A DNA stretch of 64,000 bases from Pseudomonadales bacterium (GCA_040222775.1 JAVKCL010000015.1:162975-226974), one strand, 5' to 3'; positions 9,101 through 19,034 are shown, numbered from the stretch's first letter. Notes: generated by a model not told the origin, from the sequence alone. Translations and numbers: made by a program.

Positions 9101-9900
9101 GTCTGGTTCCTCACATGCACTGCATGGGTCAGACTGAGCTGATCATCCCCTTTGTTGAGCGTGAGGGTGATGGCCACAGAAGCGTTGCGGGTCAGCGAGG
9201 CAGGGGTCAGTGCAAAAAGGGCGCTCCCGGGTTGCAGACCAGACGCCAGCAGGCTGCGGTCAGGCAGCGTTGTCGGCAGGATAGTGGGATCCGGTTGGGT
9301 TGCCTGATAGCCATAGTTTGTGTAGCGATACAGGCTGTCGTTGTCCAGGCAGTAAGACACGGGTTGGGTGACCGCAAAGAAGCGTTGCCGGGGCGAAGCT
9401 GCAGCAAACTGATGAGCTGCCGCGAATGACAGCGTAACGATATTGTCAGTATCTGGCGCGCTGGCCATCGCCGTGGGACTGATTGCGCCAGGGGAGGTCA
9501 GGTTGTACAGGCTTGCGCTGGGTGCAAGGGCCACGCGCCAGGTCGCGGGTGTTGGCGCATTGTCGAACGGCACCACGCGCATGGTGGTGTCCGCATAACC
9601 CAGGGGTGCGCTCAGATAGACGGATGCGCTGGCCACGGGCAGCAGTTCCAGACAGGTGCCTCCTGCAGATACACGCAGACTGTTGGGGGTGGCTTCCCGC
9701 AGCGTGATACCGATGTGATGTGCCACGTGGCGAAGATCAGCGGCCAGTTCACCCCGCTGGGTGCCGCTCAGATAGCCGCTGGAAGCGTCATTCAGAAAGC
9801 GCACGGTGCCGACCGAGAGGATGATCAGCAGCATCATCACCACCAGTAACTCGATCAGGGTAAAACCGTTCGCAGCGGCAGGTGTGGTGTGGCGCCTCAT
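9097..9900 (-). CDS. mshO: MSHA biogenesis protein MshO-like minor pilin
   Basis: GFTLIELLVV methylation motif, LREATPNSLRV, CLELLPV, SPRQRFF, PVSYC and C-terminal VHVRN. Confidence 0.8.
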   Translation of the reverse strand: MRRHTTPAAANGFTLIELLVVMMLLIILSVGTVRFLNDASSGYLSGTQRGELAADLRHVAHHIGITLREATPNSLRVSAGGTCLELLPVASASVYLSAPLGYADTTMRVVPFDNAPTPATWRVALAPSASLYNLTSPGAISPTAMASAPDTDNIVTLSFAAAHQFAAASPRQRFFAVTQPVSYCLDNDSLYRYTNYGYQATQPDPTILPTTLPDRSLLASGLQPGSALFALTPASLTRNASVAITLTLNKGDDQLSLTHAVHVRNQT

Positions 9901-10442
9901 CAGAAATTCGCCCGTACGACGCTGAAAGTCTGTTGGCTGCCGCTGCCATCACTGACCACGATGTCGACGATTTTGGCATCAGTGCTGCTGGCCACGCCCA
10001 GCGTGCTGGCCTGAGCGGGTGTCGGGTAGCGCACGTTCACCTGGACGCGATAACTGGCATAGTCCGTCAGCGGTGTGCCATCCAGTTGTCGTGGTGGCGC
10101 ATCGTCGAGGCCGTCGAAGTCGTCGACATCATCGTAATCCGCGCGGGTTTCACCGTCATCGAAGGCGGCGGCGCTGGAGCAGGGTGTGGTGGCGGTGCTG
10201 CAGGCGGGCAGGCCACCCAGTGGGGTGTTCTCATCGTAACGTTTGGCCATGATTTCGTCGCTGTAGGCCTGCACCAGCGCAACCACCTTGGCATCCGTCA
10301 TGCTGTCTGCCTGATGGCGCATGGCAAAGGCCAGTGCACTGCTGATACCGATGGCGGCGATGGCCAGAATCGCGATGGTGGCGATCAGTTCCACCAGCGT
10401 AAAGCCGTGGGCGCGGTCGATATTAACTGCAGGGGGCAGCAT
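9900..10442 (-). CDS. mshD: MSHA minor pilin MshD-like
   Basis: GFTLVELIATIAIL, EIMAKRYDENTP, RADYDDVDDFDG and C-terminal RANF. Start trimmed to the ATG at 10442. Confidence 0.75.
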   Translation of the reverse strand: MLPPAVNIDRAHGFTLVELIATIAILAIAAIGISSALAFAMRHQADSMTDAKVVALVQAYSDEIMAKRYDENTPLGGLPACSTATTPCSSAAAFDDGETRADYDDVDDFDGLDDAPPRQLDGTPLTDYASYRVQVNVRYPTPAQASTLGVASSTDAKIVDIVVSDGSGSQQTFSVVRANF

Positions 10443-10995
10443 CGAGATATCCGGTTGGGTGCAGGCACAGACTGCGACTGGTCTCACCTGCGATGTTGAT
10501 GTCCAGACCAGCATTGCCGCTGACCAGGCTGCCGCCCAGATTGAGGTCAGACACAGTGCCATCTCCGGCGAAGGTGATCTCGAGGGCGTCCGTGGTCGAA
10601 AGTTGAATACTGGTAGCGCCTGCGGTCGCCATCAGAGTCAGGCTGTCTGCGTCCAGGGTAGTGGTGCGGACCACACCGTCGACGGAATTGCGGGTGGTCA
10701 GGACATAGCCATCCGCCGCCAGGCTCAGCGCGAAGGTCAGCGCCGCGTCCTGCCGGGCGGTAGCCAGGCTCTGGGCCAGACTCAGTTCCAGATCCAGTTG
10801 ATGGGCGAAGGTTGATGGTGCAAAGCTTGTGGGTTTGACCAGTCGGGTCATGGCGAAACCGCTCAGAATGGCCAGCAGGATAATGGTGGTGATCAGTTCA
10901 ACAACGGTGAATCCTGCCGCGCGCGCAGCGTTAACCCCTCGCAGGCGCGAGTCGGGCCGAATAATCGCGCGGGCTGGAGGTTGTGCTCTGGCCAT
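10423..10995 (-). CDS. mshC: MSHA minor pilin MshC-like (type IV prepilin)
   Basis: GFTVVELITTIILLAIL, AQSLA and C-terminal LCLHPTGY. Start uncertain. Confidence 0.65.
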   Translation of the reverse strand: MARAQPPARAIIRPDSRLRGVNAARAAGFTVVELITTIILLAILSGFAMTRLVKPTSFAPSTFAHQLDLELSLAQSLATARQDAALTFALSLAADGYVLTTRNSVDGVVRTTTLDADSLTLMATAGATSIQLSTTDALEITFAGDGTVSDLNLGGSLVSGNAGLDINIAGETSRSLCLHPTGYLDAAPCS

Positions 10996-11162
10996 GCAAC
11001 TTAAAAAACTTCCTGTAGACCTTAGGCTAAGCATAGAACGGCACAGCAAAGACGCCAGTTCAGCCGCCGGTGCGAGGGCTCGCCGGTCGCTTGAGTCTGC
11101 GCCGGCAACAGGGGTAAGGTGGACGATGAGTTGGAGAGATGAACTGGAGATAAGGGGAAACC

Positions 11163-12356
11163 ATGGCTTACGTCGAAAATCGCACCATTCACGATGCAGA
11201 TTCCCACGTGATGGAGTTGCCGGGCACCATCGGCGAATTCATGTCGGCCAAACACCTGGAGGCATTCAAACCCTATATGAGCAAACGCGATGAGGCCTGG
11301 GTGCAGGAGGTCACAGCTTTGCATGAAGATGAAGATTTCCGCGCCGGTGCGGAACGGGAAATCATGTTGCGCCGGAATCACCACGCACTGGGTTCGTTCC
11401 GCAAACAAGACCGCCCGAAAATGCTGGACTACCTTGGCTTCACCAGCCAACTGGTCTTTACCACGGATGCGCTGTCCAATTATGGTCTGGAAACCGGCCA
11501 GACCAATGAACTGGCCTGTGAGGCCGCGCGGGCGCATAACCGTATGATGACGGATTTCTGCGGTGTCGATCGGCGTCTGCTGGCCACGGGCTACGTGCCA
11601 TTGGTGGATTTCGAAGAGGCGCCGCGCATTGCTGAAGAAGCGCTCAAGCTTGGCTGTAAGGCGCTGATTATTCCTTCGCGGTGTCCACCGGGTCACAGCC
11701 CCAGTCATCTGGCCTTTGAGCCGTTGTGGTCACTGGCGGAGGAAGCCGGTATTCCGATCCTGTTTCATGTCGGTGGCGAGCACAAAATGAACACCGACTA
11801 TCACAACACCGGCGGTCCTCAGGTGCTGGACTTTCATGGTGGTGCGGAAAATTTCACCTCCACCAGTTATATGGCGATTCCGTTGTCGGTGTGGCAGACC
11901 ATGTCTGTACTCATTCTGGATGGCGTGCTCGATCGGCATGAAAATCTGAAATTTGGTGCCATCGAACTCGGCGCGGGCTGGGTGCCGAGCTGGATGCGCT
12001 TTATGGATTCCGGCGCGGCTGCGTTCCGCAAAGGTGAAGAGCGATTGCAGAAGCTGTCTGCCACCCCCAGCGAGATCGTCCGCCGGCAGTTTCGCGTCAC
12101 GCCTTATCCCCATGAGCCGACCGGTTGGATCATTGCCAATACCGGGCCGGAAGTGTGCCTGTTCTCGTCCGATTTTCCGCATGTCGAAGGAGGTAGAAAT
12201 CCGCTCAAGCGTTTCGGCGAAGCGTTGACCGATACCTCTGCCGAAGATCAGCAGCGCTTTTATCGCGACAACTTCATCGACCTGATGGGGGCAGGACTGG
12301 ACAAGTCCCTGCATGACCATCCTGCGTTGACGGCGCAGGCCAGCAATCTGACCTGA
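11163..12356 (+). CDS. Amidohydrolase_2 family protein
   Basis: IHDADSH, PILFHVG, IELGAGW and FSSDFPHVEG. Confidence 0.85.
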   Translation: MAYVENRTIHDADSHVMELPGTIGEFMSAKHLEAFKPYMSKRDEAWVQEVTALHEDEDFRAGAEREIMLRRNHHALGSFRKQDRPKMLDYLGFTSQLVFTTDALSNYGLETGQTNELACEAARAHNRMMTDFCGVDRRLLATGYVPLVDFEEAPRIAEEALKLGCKALIIPSRCPPGHSPSHLAFEPLWSLAEEAGIPILFHVGGEHKMNTDYHNTGGPQVLDFHGGAENFTSTSYMAIPLSVWQTMSVLILDGVLDRHENLKFGAIELGAGWVPSWMRFMDSGAAAFRKGEERLQKLSATPSEIVRRQFRVTPYPHEPTGWIIANTGPEVCLFSSDFPHVEGGRNPLKRFGEALTDTSAEDQQRFYRDNFIDLMGAGLDKSLHDHPALTAQASNLT

Positions 12357-12413
12357 GCAAACCCAGTTGATAAGCCGGCTGATAAGGCCGGCTGATTGGA
12401 ATGTGTACGTTTC

Positions 12414-12450
12414 AGTTGTAATAGAATTAGAATTCTGATTCTATTCAACT
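12414..12450. promoter_or_regulatory. Long AT-rich palindrome, likely TetR autoregulatory operator
   Basis: AGTTG(T)AATAGAAT-TAGAATTCTG-ATTCTATT-CAACT is a near-perfect inverted repeat ending directly at the TetR ATG. Confidence 0.7.
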
Positions 12451-13071
12451 ATGGCTATTCGAGCACCCACCCAGACCCGCAGCAAGGTAACCATGGAGCG
12501 TTTCATTGCTGCGGCGCTGCGTCTGGTGGAAGCAAAACGCTGGGAAGACATTTCTGTAGCACAGCTGGCGGCGGAGGCGGGCTCTTCGGTGGGTGCCTTT
12601 TACAGCCGCTTCGGCGATAAGGAAACGCTGCTGGAGGTCCTCGATGACTACTACGCCGGTGCGATGACGGATTTACTCAAGGAGTTTGCCGCTACGCCGC
12701 CAAGTACTTTCGCGAGCAGCGTTGCGGCTTTACTGGGTGATCTGGTGCAACTGTATGACCATCATCAGGGCCTGATCCGTACCCTGGTGCTGACCGCGCG
12801 CAATACCGAGCGAACCGTCTATGCCGCCAATACCCGGCGCATGCGTGATACGGTACCGGCGGTAGTGGAGCGCCTGCAGCGATGCCCGGATCTGCCAGCA
12901 GGCTGTGACGCGGCGCACCTGGGGACGGCGCTGGCTTTCACCTTCAGTGCGCTGCGCGAACAGATTCTATTTCCTGAAGCTGTGCCGGTCCGCGTGCGGG
13001 GTAAGTCGCAGTTGATCAACCTGCTGGCCAGATCCTTTACCGGGACAACCCATGCGCTGGCTGAAACTTAG
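12451..13071 (+). CDS. TetR/AcrR family regulator
   Basis: HTH ISVAQLAAEAGSSVGAFYSRFGDKETLL. Confidence 0.9.
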   Translation: MAIRAPTQTRSKVTMERFIAAALRLVEAKRWEDISVAQLAAEAGSSVGAFYSRFGDKETLLEVLDDYYAGAMTDLLKEFAATPPSTFASSVAALLGDLVQLYDHHQGLIRTLVLTARNTERTVYAANTRRMRDTVPAVVERLQRCPDLPAGCDAAHLGTALAFTFSALREQILFPEAVPVRVRGKSQLINLLARSFTGTTHALAET

Positions 13072-14791
13072 CCGGCTGCTTGCCGGGTTGTTGCTGGCTT
13101 CGCCTGTTGTGGCTGAACCGGTCCCCCACGACTGGCTCGAGGCTGAGGTTCCCGTGCGTATGGCGAACGCAGAGATACCCGCAGCCATCCTGGCCGTGGT
13201 GCATGGCGATCAGATACGTGTACTGGCTTACGGCGTCGAAGCCGACGCGGTGTTCAGGGTTGGGTCCCTGTCCAAGCCAGTTACTGCCAGCCTGATACTG
13301 AAGCTGACCGATCTGGGCTTGCTTGAATTACACGAAGATGTCCGTGATGACTTTACGCTTTTGCCCATCGCGCCACCGCTGGACCAACCTCTGACGTTGC
13401 ATCATCTGTTGACCCACACCGCCGGATTTAACGAACGGCTGTTTGGACAACACGTACGTTCGCCGGATGGGTTTCTGCCGCTGCATGACTATCTGCGGCA
13501 GCATCTACCGCCGCGCTTTGTTCAGCCAGGTCGGATTATTGCTTACAACGACCACCACACCGCGCTGGCAGGCTGGCTGGCAGAACGCACAACCGGCAAA
13601 CCCTTCGCCGAGCTGGCCAGACAATATGTCTTTGCGCCTTTGGAGATGGCTGACTCCACTTTCGAACAGGTCGATATTCCGGTGGCAATGGCGCCCCGTC
13701 TGGCTCGGAGTTCGCAAGGCTTGCAGGCGCCGAGTTATGACCGTGACTACATTCAGCTGACACCGGCAGCGGGTCTGTACACCACCGCCGCTGATATGGC
13801 GCGCTATATGCGTGCGCTGTTAGGCGGCACGCTGGCAGGCAGCGAAGCGCAGCTCAAAATTCAATTCCACCATCACCCGCGTTTACCCGGCCGGGGTTAT
13901 GGATTCGCCGAGGGTCAGCACGGCGATCTGCAATATTTCTATAAGGACGGCCAGGCCACAGGCTTCAATGCGCGCCTGTTGCTGGTGCCGGAACAGCAGT
14001 TTGGTTTGTTTGTGGCGCACAACCGAACCATCTTTGGCCCTCTGGGTGCTATCAACGCCGCGGGCCGTTTCAATCGAGCGCTGGGTATGGCGGTACTTGA
14101 GCGGCTCTGGCCCGTGCAGGCAACAGCAGAGGACTCCGCAGGCCCGTCCGATCCGCCGCTACATGACATCGATCTGTCCGCCTATGCCGGTACCTACCGC
14201 ACCGTGGTGGCGGCAAGGCATACCTGGGAGCGGATCATCAGCCTGTTTGACGAGGCAGTAGTGCAGGCAGCTGATGGCCAGCTGCGGTTAGGTCGCTCTA
14301 CTTATGTGCCGACAGCGGAGAGTGGGGTATTCCAGCTTTTGCACCACGACAATCGACATATCGTTTTCGACACCCACCAACAACACCTCTTTATTGGTGG
14401 AGGTGCCTATGAGCGGGTGCCCTGGTGGAGCAGCCAGGCAGCGCTCTTGTGGGTCATTGGTTTGCCGTTGCTGGGGCTGGTGGTGTCCGCATGGCGTCTG
14501 CTGAGTATCGACGGTTGGCGGGTTGTGTTCGGCCAGGGTGGGCTGCTGGTCTTTTTCATCGGTCTGGCGGTGACGTTCTGGTTTACCGATGTACAGCAGT
14601 TGTTCTATGGGCCCACAGCCGTGCTGCTGGGTTTGCTGGTTTTGCCGCTGGTTGCGCTGGCGGGGTTTGCGGCCCAACTGGCGGGGTTGCGGCGTGGCCG
14701 AAATCTGGCCCGCAGTCTGGGGATCGTCAGTGGGGGATGCCTGTTCCTGTGGCTGAGCTACTGGAATCTGCTCGGCTACTGGTTGGGTTGA
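13052..14791 (+). CDS. Beta-lactamase-family serine hydrolase with C-terminal membrane helices
   Basis: Signal peptide, FRVGSLSK (SxxK), LLTHTAG, PAAGLYTTAADMARY and a hydrophobic C-terminus. Overlaps the TetR gene. Confidence 0.8.
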   Translation: MRWLKLSRLLAGLLLASPVVAEPVPHDWLEAEVPVRMANAEIPAAILAVVHGDQIRVLAYGVEADAVFRVGSLSKPVTASLILKLTDLGLLELHEDVRDDFTLLPIAPPLDQPLTLHHLLTHTAGFNERLFGQHVRSPDGFLPLHDYLRQHLPPRFVQPGRIIAYNDHHTALAGWLAERTTGKPFAELARQYVFAPLEMADSTFEQVDIPVAMAPRLARSSQGLQAPSYDRDYIQLTPAAGLYTTAADMARYMRALLGGTLAGSEAQLKIQFHHHPRLPGRGYGFAEGQHGDLQYFYKDGQATGFNARLLLVPEQQFGLFVAHNRTIFGPLGAINAAGRFNRALGMAVLERLWPVQATAEDSAGPSDPPLHDIDLSAYAGTYRTVVAARHTWERIISLFDEAVVQAADGQLRLGRSTYVPTAESGVFQLLHHDNRHIVFDTHQQHLFIGGGAYERVPWWSSQAALLWVIGLPLLGLVVSAWRLLSIDGWRVVFGQGGLLVFFIGLAVTFWFTDVQQLFYGPTAVLLGLLVLPLVALAGFAAQLAGLRRGRNLARSLGIVSGGCLFLWLSYWNLLGYWLG

Positions 14792-14806
14792 TGGTGCAGT
14801 GCTGGT

Positions 14807-16000
14807 TTAGTCAGGTAAGCCCAGCACGCGCTTGGCGATGATGTTCAGCTGTACCTCGTTTGAGCCACCGGCGATGGAGATCGATTTGGCTTCCAGCCAC
14901 AGCCGGGTCATGGCCAGTTCTTCGTCGCTGAAGCTCTCGTCCTGCCAGCCAAGTGCCTGGGTGCCGCGAATCTGCATCTGCAGTTCGAGCTGACTCTTCA
15001 CGTATTCGGCCTCGACATAATTGAATATCGAGGTGGCTGCGCCGGGGGTGTTCGCTTCTGATTCGTCCACTGCCCGTTGCTGGGTCAGCAGAAAGGCGTG
15101 TTTGTGCATTTCATTGTCAACGATGGCCAGGCGCAGGTCCCAGGGGATGTCGCCATGGTCATAGGAGCGCGCCAGTTCTGCCAGCGTCAGGCTGGGGCGG
15201 ATGCGTTGCATAGGGCCGGCTGTGTCAGCACTGGCGAGTGCCGCCAGTCCGGAGCGTTCGTGTTGCAGCAGACGCTTGGCCACGGTCCAGCCTTTGTTCA
15301 GTTCACCGACCAGATCCTGCTTGTCCGCTCTGACGTCGTCGAAAAAGGTCTGACAAAAAGGCGAGCCGCCGTTGATCATCTCGATGGGTTTTACCGTAAC
15401 GCCGGGATCGTCCATGGAGAACAGCAGGAAACTGATGCCGTCATGTTTCGGCGCATTCGGCTCGGTGCGCACCAGACAGAAAATCCAGTCTGCGTACTGC
15501 GCGCCGGAGGTCCATATCTTGCTGCCGTTGACCAGAAAGTAGTCGCCTTTGTCTTCCGCTCTCGTCGCCAGACTGGCCAGGTCTGAGCCTGCACCGGGCT
15601 CACTGTAGCCCTGGCACCAGGCCACCTCGCCATGTGCGATCCTGGGTAGATGGCGCAGCTTCTGTTGTTCGGTGCCAAATTCGAGCAGGGTGGGTCCGAG
15701 CATGGTCACGCCCATCCCGCCCAGCGGTGGACGGGCCCCAATGCGTTGCAGTTCTTCCAGCAGTACCACAAAGTGATCTTTGTCCAGGCCCGCACCACCA
15801 TAGGCTTCAGGCCAGGTGGGCACGGTCCAGCCGCGGGCGGCCATGCGCTCGAGCCACAGATAGGCTTCGGTATTGGTGCTTCTGCGTTTGCTGCCGCCGT
15901 TGACCTCTTCACCCGGTACCATTCTGGTGCGCATGGAAGCTGGACAATTCTGCTCCAACCAGGAACGGGTCTCGCGACGGAATGCATTGAGTTCTGACAT
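14807..16000 (-). CDS. Acyl-CoA dehydrogenase
   Basis: WCQGYSEPGAGSDLASL, NGSKIWTS, FFDDVR and SIAGGSNEVQLNIIAKRVLGLP. Confidence 0.92.
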   Translation of the reverse strand: MSELNAFRRETRSWLEQNCPASMRTRMVPGEEVNGGSKRRSTNTEAYLWLERMAARGWTVPTWPEAYGGAGLDKDHFVVLLEELQRIGARPPLGGMGVTMLGPTLLEFGTEQQKLRHLPRIAHGEVAWCQGYSEPGAGSDLASLATRAEDKGDYFLVNGSKIWTSGAQYADWIFCLVRTEPNAPKHDGISFLLFSMDDPGVTVKPIEMINGGSPFCQTFFDDVRADKQDLVGELNKGWTVAKRLLQHERSGLAALASADTAGPMQRIRPSLTLAELARSYDHGDIPWDLRLAIVDNEMHKHAFLLTQQRAVDESEANTPGAATSIFNYVEAEYVKSQLELQMQIRGTQALGWQDESFSDEELAMTRLWLEAKSISIAGGSNEVQLNIIAKRVLGLPD

Positions 16001-16118
16001 CAGCCTGCTCTCATGGGTCGAAGGCCCAGCATAGCTGAAGATTTCTTGTGGGGCTGTACAAACAGGTCAGTCAACATAGAATGACATGCTTTCCGAAATC
16101 ACTCTCTACAGGACAAAC

Positions 16119-16793
16119 ATGGCACATCCCCAACTCGATTTGAGCAACGACGAACTGCTGACCACCACACGTGCGGTGCGTAAGCGGCTGGACTTTGAAC
16201 GCCCGGTAGCCGTTGAAACACTGGAGGAATGTCTGCGTGTCGCCACCCAGGCGCCCAGTGGCTCCAATGCCCAGGGTTGGCAGTTCATGTTTGTCATGGA
16301 TGCGGACAAACGCAAACGTATTGGCGAGCTGTATCAGCAGGCGTTTGAGATCTATCGGCAGATGCCGGCCGCGATTCACAAGCTGCATATGGACAGCGGT
16401 GATCCGAACCTGACCAAAAGCCAGACCCGCTCAGCGTCTTCTGCTGACTATCTGGCAGAGCATATGGGCGATGCGCCGGTCTTGATGATCCCCTGTATTG
16501 AAGGCCGGTTTGATCAGCCCGAGACCAATAATCTGCTGGTGCAGTCGGCCCTGTTCGGCTCGATCATACCCGCTGCCTGGAGTTTCATGCTGGCGGCGCG
16601 GGCACGGGGGCTGGGTACGGCCTGGACCACATTACATGTCATGCACGAGCAGGAAATTGCCGAGCTGTTAGGTATTCCCTATGAACGGTATACCCAGATT
16701 GCTTTGATTCCTATCGCTTACACCCTGGGCACAGACTTCAAACCAGCATATCGCCCGCCAGTCAGTGAGGTGATGCACGTCGACAGCTGGTAG
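16119..16793 (+). CDS. Nitroreductase family protein
   Basis: LLTTTRAVRKRLD, QAPSGSNAQGW and LAARARGLGTAWTT. Confidence 0.88.
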   Translation: MAHPQLDLSNDELLTTTRAVRKRLDFERPVAVETLEECLRVATQAPSGSNAQGWQFMFVMDADKRKRIGELYQQAFEIYRQMPAAIHKLHMDSGDPNLTKSQTRSASSADYLAEHMGDAPVLMIPCIEGRFDQPETNNLLVQSALFGSIIPAAWSFMLAARARGLGTAWTTLHVMHEQEIAELLGIPYERYTQIALIPIAYTLGTDFKPAYRPPVSEVMHVDSW

Positions 16794-16806
16794 GGGCCCG
16801 CTAAGG

Positions 16807-16870
16807 AAGCTCTGATTTGCAGCGTGCCGCTGCAGACACTGCGCTCAGTGCTGATATTCAGTCAGAGCTT
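16807..16870. other. Intergenic element able to fold into a perfect four-way junction
   Basis: Closing stem AAGCTCTGA/TCAGAGCTT encloses three abutting hairpins of 9, 5 and 4 bp. Confidence 0.55.
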
Positions 16871-16872
16871 TG

Positions 16873-17445
16873 CTAGATTTTAACCGGGGCATCTACCTGC
16901 TGACTGTGGCCGTCTATGTCGAATGACATGATGATCATGTCGCGGTAGTTGCCTTCCGCATCCTGTACGAAATCGGCCATCATCGCCTCGACCACGAACC
17001 CCAGGCGGCGGAAAGCTGCCTGAGCGCCGCGTTGGTCGACGGTCATGTTCGCCATCAGCTTCTTCAAGCCCTGTTCACGCGCGATGTCGAAGATCTCGCT
17101 GATCAGCACGCGACCCAGACCGCGGGTGCGGAAGGCGGGTGCCACATTCACGCGTATTTCACCTACATGTCGGGTCCAATGGGCGCGATTGGTATGGACG
17201 GTGGCGTAGCCGATGAATTCATCCCCATCGAATGCGGCGATGGAAGTCGAGTTGCCAGCCTCCAGATTGGCGATCCAGTTGTCGACTACATCAGGTTCGG
17301 TCAGGTCTACGCGCAGAAACAATAGGTCTTCTGCCGGTAAAGCTTTAGCAAATGCCAGCACTGCATCGCGATCCTTACGGTTCATGGCGCGCAGTTGGAT
17401 GGGGGTTTTGTCAGCCAGGGTGATTTTGCGTTGATAGTTTTTCAT
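16873..17445 (-). CDS. GNAT family N-acetyltransferase
   Basis: VAPAFRTRGLGRVL acetyl-CoA motif and AFRRLGF. Confidence 0.85.
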   Translation of the reverse strand: MKNYQRKITLADKTPIQLRAMNRKDRDAVLAFAKALPAEDLLFLRVDLTEPDVVDNWIANLEAGNSTSIAAFDGDEFIGYATVHTNRAHWTRHVGEIRVNVAPAFRTRGLGRVLISEIFDIAREQGLKKLMANMTVDQRGAQAAFRRLGFVVEAMMADFVQDAEGNYRDMIIMSFDIDGHSQQVDAPVKI

Positions 17446-17473
17446 GGTTTGTTCTCTTGTTTTAACTTCCGGT

Positions 17474-18922
17474 TCAGCCGGTCTGCTGCGCGAGTGCTTC
17501 GCGGGCCCGGTCGAGCAGTTCGGTAAACGCTGCGTCGGTGAATTCCACCATCTGTTCCAGATCTGGCAACAGTCGTGGCTCGCAGGTGAAATTCAGAATC
17601 ATCTTCTGGTTGTAGCTGCCCACGCAGATGGCATAACCCATATTGCCGCCCATCATCATGATCGCGGTTGTGTCGAGGATTTCGTGGCCGGCAATGTACT
17701 GGGCTACCTGTACCCCTGGGACATTGGTACAGACAAAGTTCACCCCGAAGAAAGGCGGTCGTGGTCCCATGCGCGGCAATACAGGCGGAGGGTTCTGCGC
17801 GGAGAACTGAGTCGGGTCAAAGGGTGTGCCGATCAGCTGCAGACCGGCGAACAGCATGGGGGGCGTGGTCATGCCGCTTTCCTGCATCAGGGTCATGGCC
17901 TGTGCTTCGCCACCTTCTTTGATGCGACTGGTCTCGGCGCACACGGCCAGGTGTCGCTCGATCAGGTCCATGGGCCAGGCGGGCAGCATTGGAAAGATAG
18001 CGGATACCCGGTTGCCCAGCGCGCCGGACTCATTTTCCGTGCGCACGTTGACCGGACACATGATGCGTATCTTCTGGTTGTCGACGGTTTCACCATGGGC
18101 GGCCAGATAGCGTGCTGCACCTTCACTGACCGTGGTGAGTACCACGTCGTTGACGGTGCCGCCAAAAGCTTTGCGGATTTCCCGATAATCGCTGAACGGG
18201 TAGGTCTGGTAGCGCATTTTACGCCGTGGGCTCAGGGTGCCGGAATTCCAGGGGGTCGCGACGGCCGGCTGGGCAAAGCGCGCCATGGCCTGCATACCCC
18301 GGTTTAGCAGGGCCTGATTATCGGAGCTCTGCGAAAACATACGTAGTGGGTTCTGCTCCGCATAGGCACGCACGGTTTCGCCGAACGCTTCGGTGGCCAG
18401 TTCGAACGGGTTCGGTATTGGTGCGGGTTGCCACTTTTCTGTGGGTGGCGGTGGTGGTGGTGCGTCGGCCTGATAGTCAAACATCACGGTGGACAGATGG
18501 ACCGCAGAGGCCCCATCGATCATGGCGTGATGAATCTGCTGCAGCAGTAATGTGTGATCTTTGACCCCGGTAATGACGGTGTACTTCCATAATGGAATAT
18601 TGCGATCCATCAGCCCTTCGTTGAGTTTGACAGCCGCATCTACAGCGTCGATCAACTCGCTGCCGGGTTCCATTTCATGGTGCACGACGTGGTTGGTGAG
18701 GTCGAAGTCCGGGTCATCGACCCATTTGGGGTGGGCGAAATTCATCGGCACCCATACCATGCGCTGGCGGAACCGGGGTACCAGGTGGACGCGTTCCTCG
18801 ATGTGCTTGAACATGTCAGCGAACGGCACTTCGCCATCAATTATGGCCACCCCTGCGGTTTGCAGAGGCCCACCTGCGCTTTCACCATAGAGAAAACTCG
18901 AGTCGCTTTCAGTCAGTCGCAT
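17474..18922 (-). CDS. Wax ester synthase/diacylglycerol acyltransferase (WS/DGAT)
   Basis: Catalytic HHAMIDG, WVDDPDFDL, GGTVNDVVL, PVNVR, GNRVS and TNVPG. Confidence 0.9.
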   Translation of the reverse strand: MRLTESDSSFLYGESAGGPLQTAGVAIIDGEVPFADMFKHIEERVHLVPRFRQRMVWVPMNFAHPKWVDDPDFDLTNHVVHHEMEPGSELIDAVDAAVKLNEGLMDRNIPLWKYTVITGVKDHTLLLQQIHHAMIDGASAVHLSTVMFDYQADAPPPPPPTEKWQPAPIPNPFELATEAFGETVRAYAEQNPLRMFSQSSDNQALLNRGMQAMARFAQPAVATPWNSGTLSPRRKMRYQTYPFSDYREIRKAFGGTVNDVVLTTVSEGAARYLAAHGETVDNQKIRIMCPVNVRTENESGALGNRVSAIFPMLPAWPMDLIERHLAVCAETSRIKEGGEAQAMTLMQESGMTTPPMLFAGLQLIGTPFDPTQFSAQNPPPVLPRMGPRPPFFGVNFVCTNVPGVQVAQYIAGHEILDTTAIMMMGGNMGYAICVGSYNQKMILNFTCEPRLLPDLEQMVEFTDAAFTELLDRAREALAQQTG

Positions 18923-19034
18923 AGCCTGTTCCCCTTGTGATCAGCCGTTTTTACCCAGCCAGTGTTGCGATCATCCGCTGCTTTAAAGGCAAGAGCAAGT
19001 TATCATGGACGGCTGGCATCTCCGGGGAGTGAGT

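Noticed and set aside
16807-16870. Cloverleaf read as a tRNA
   Set aside because: No TTCRA T-loop, no D-loop GG, no 7-nt anticodon loop and no CCA; the loops are only 3-4 nt.
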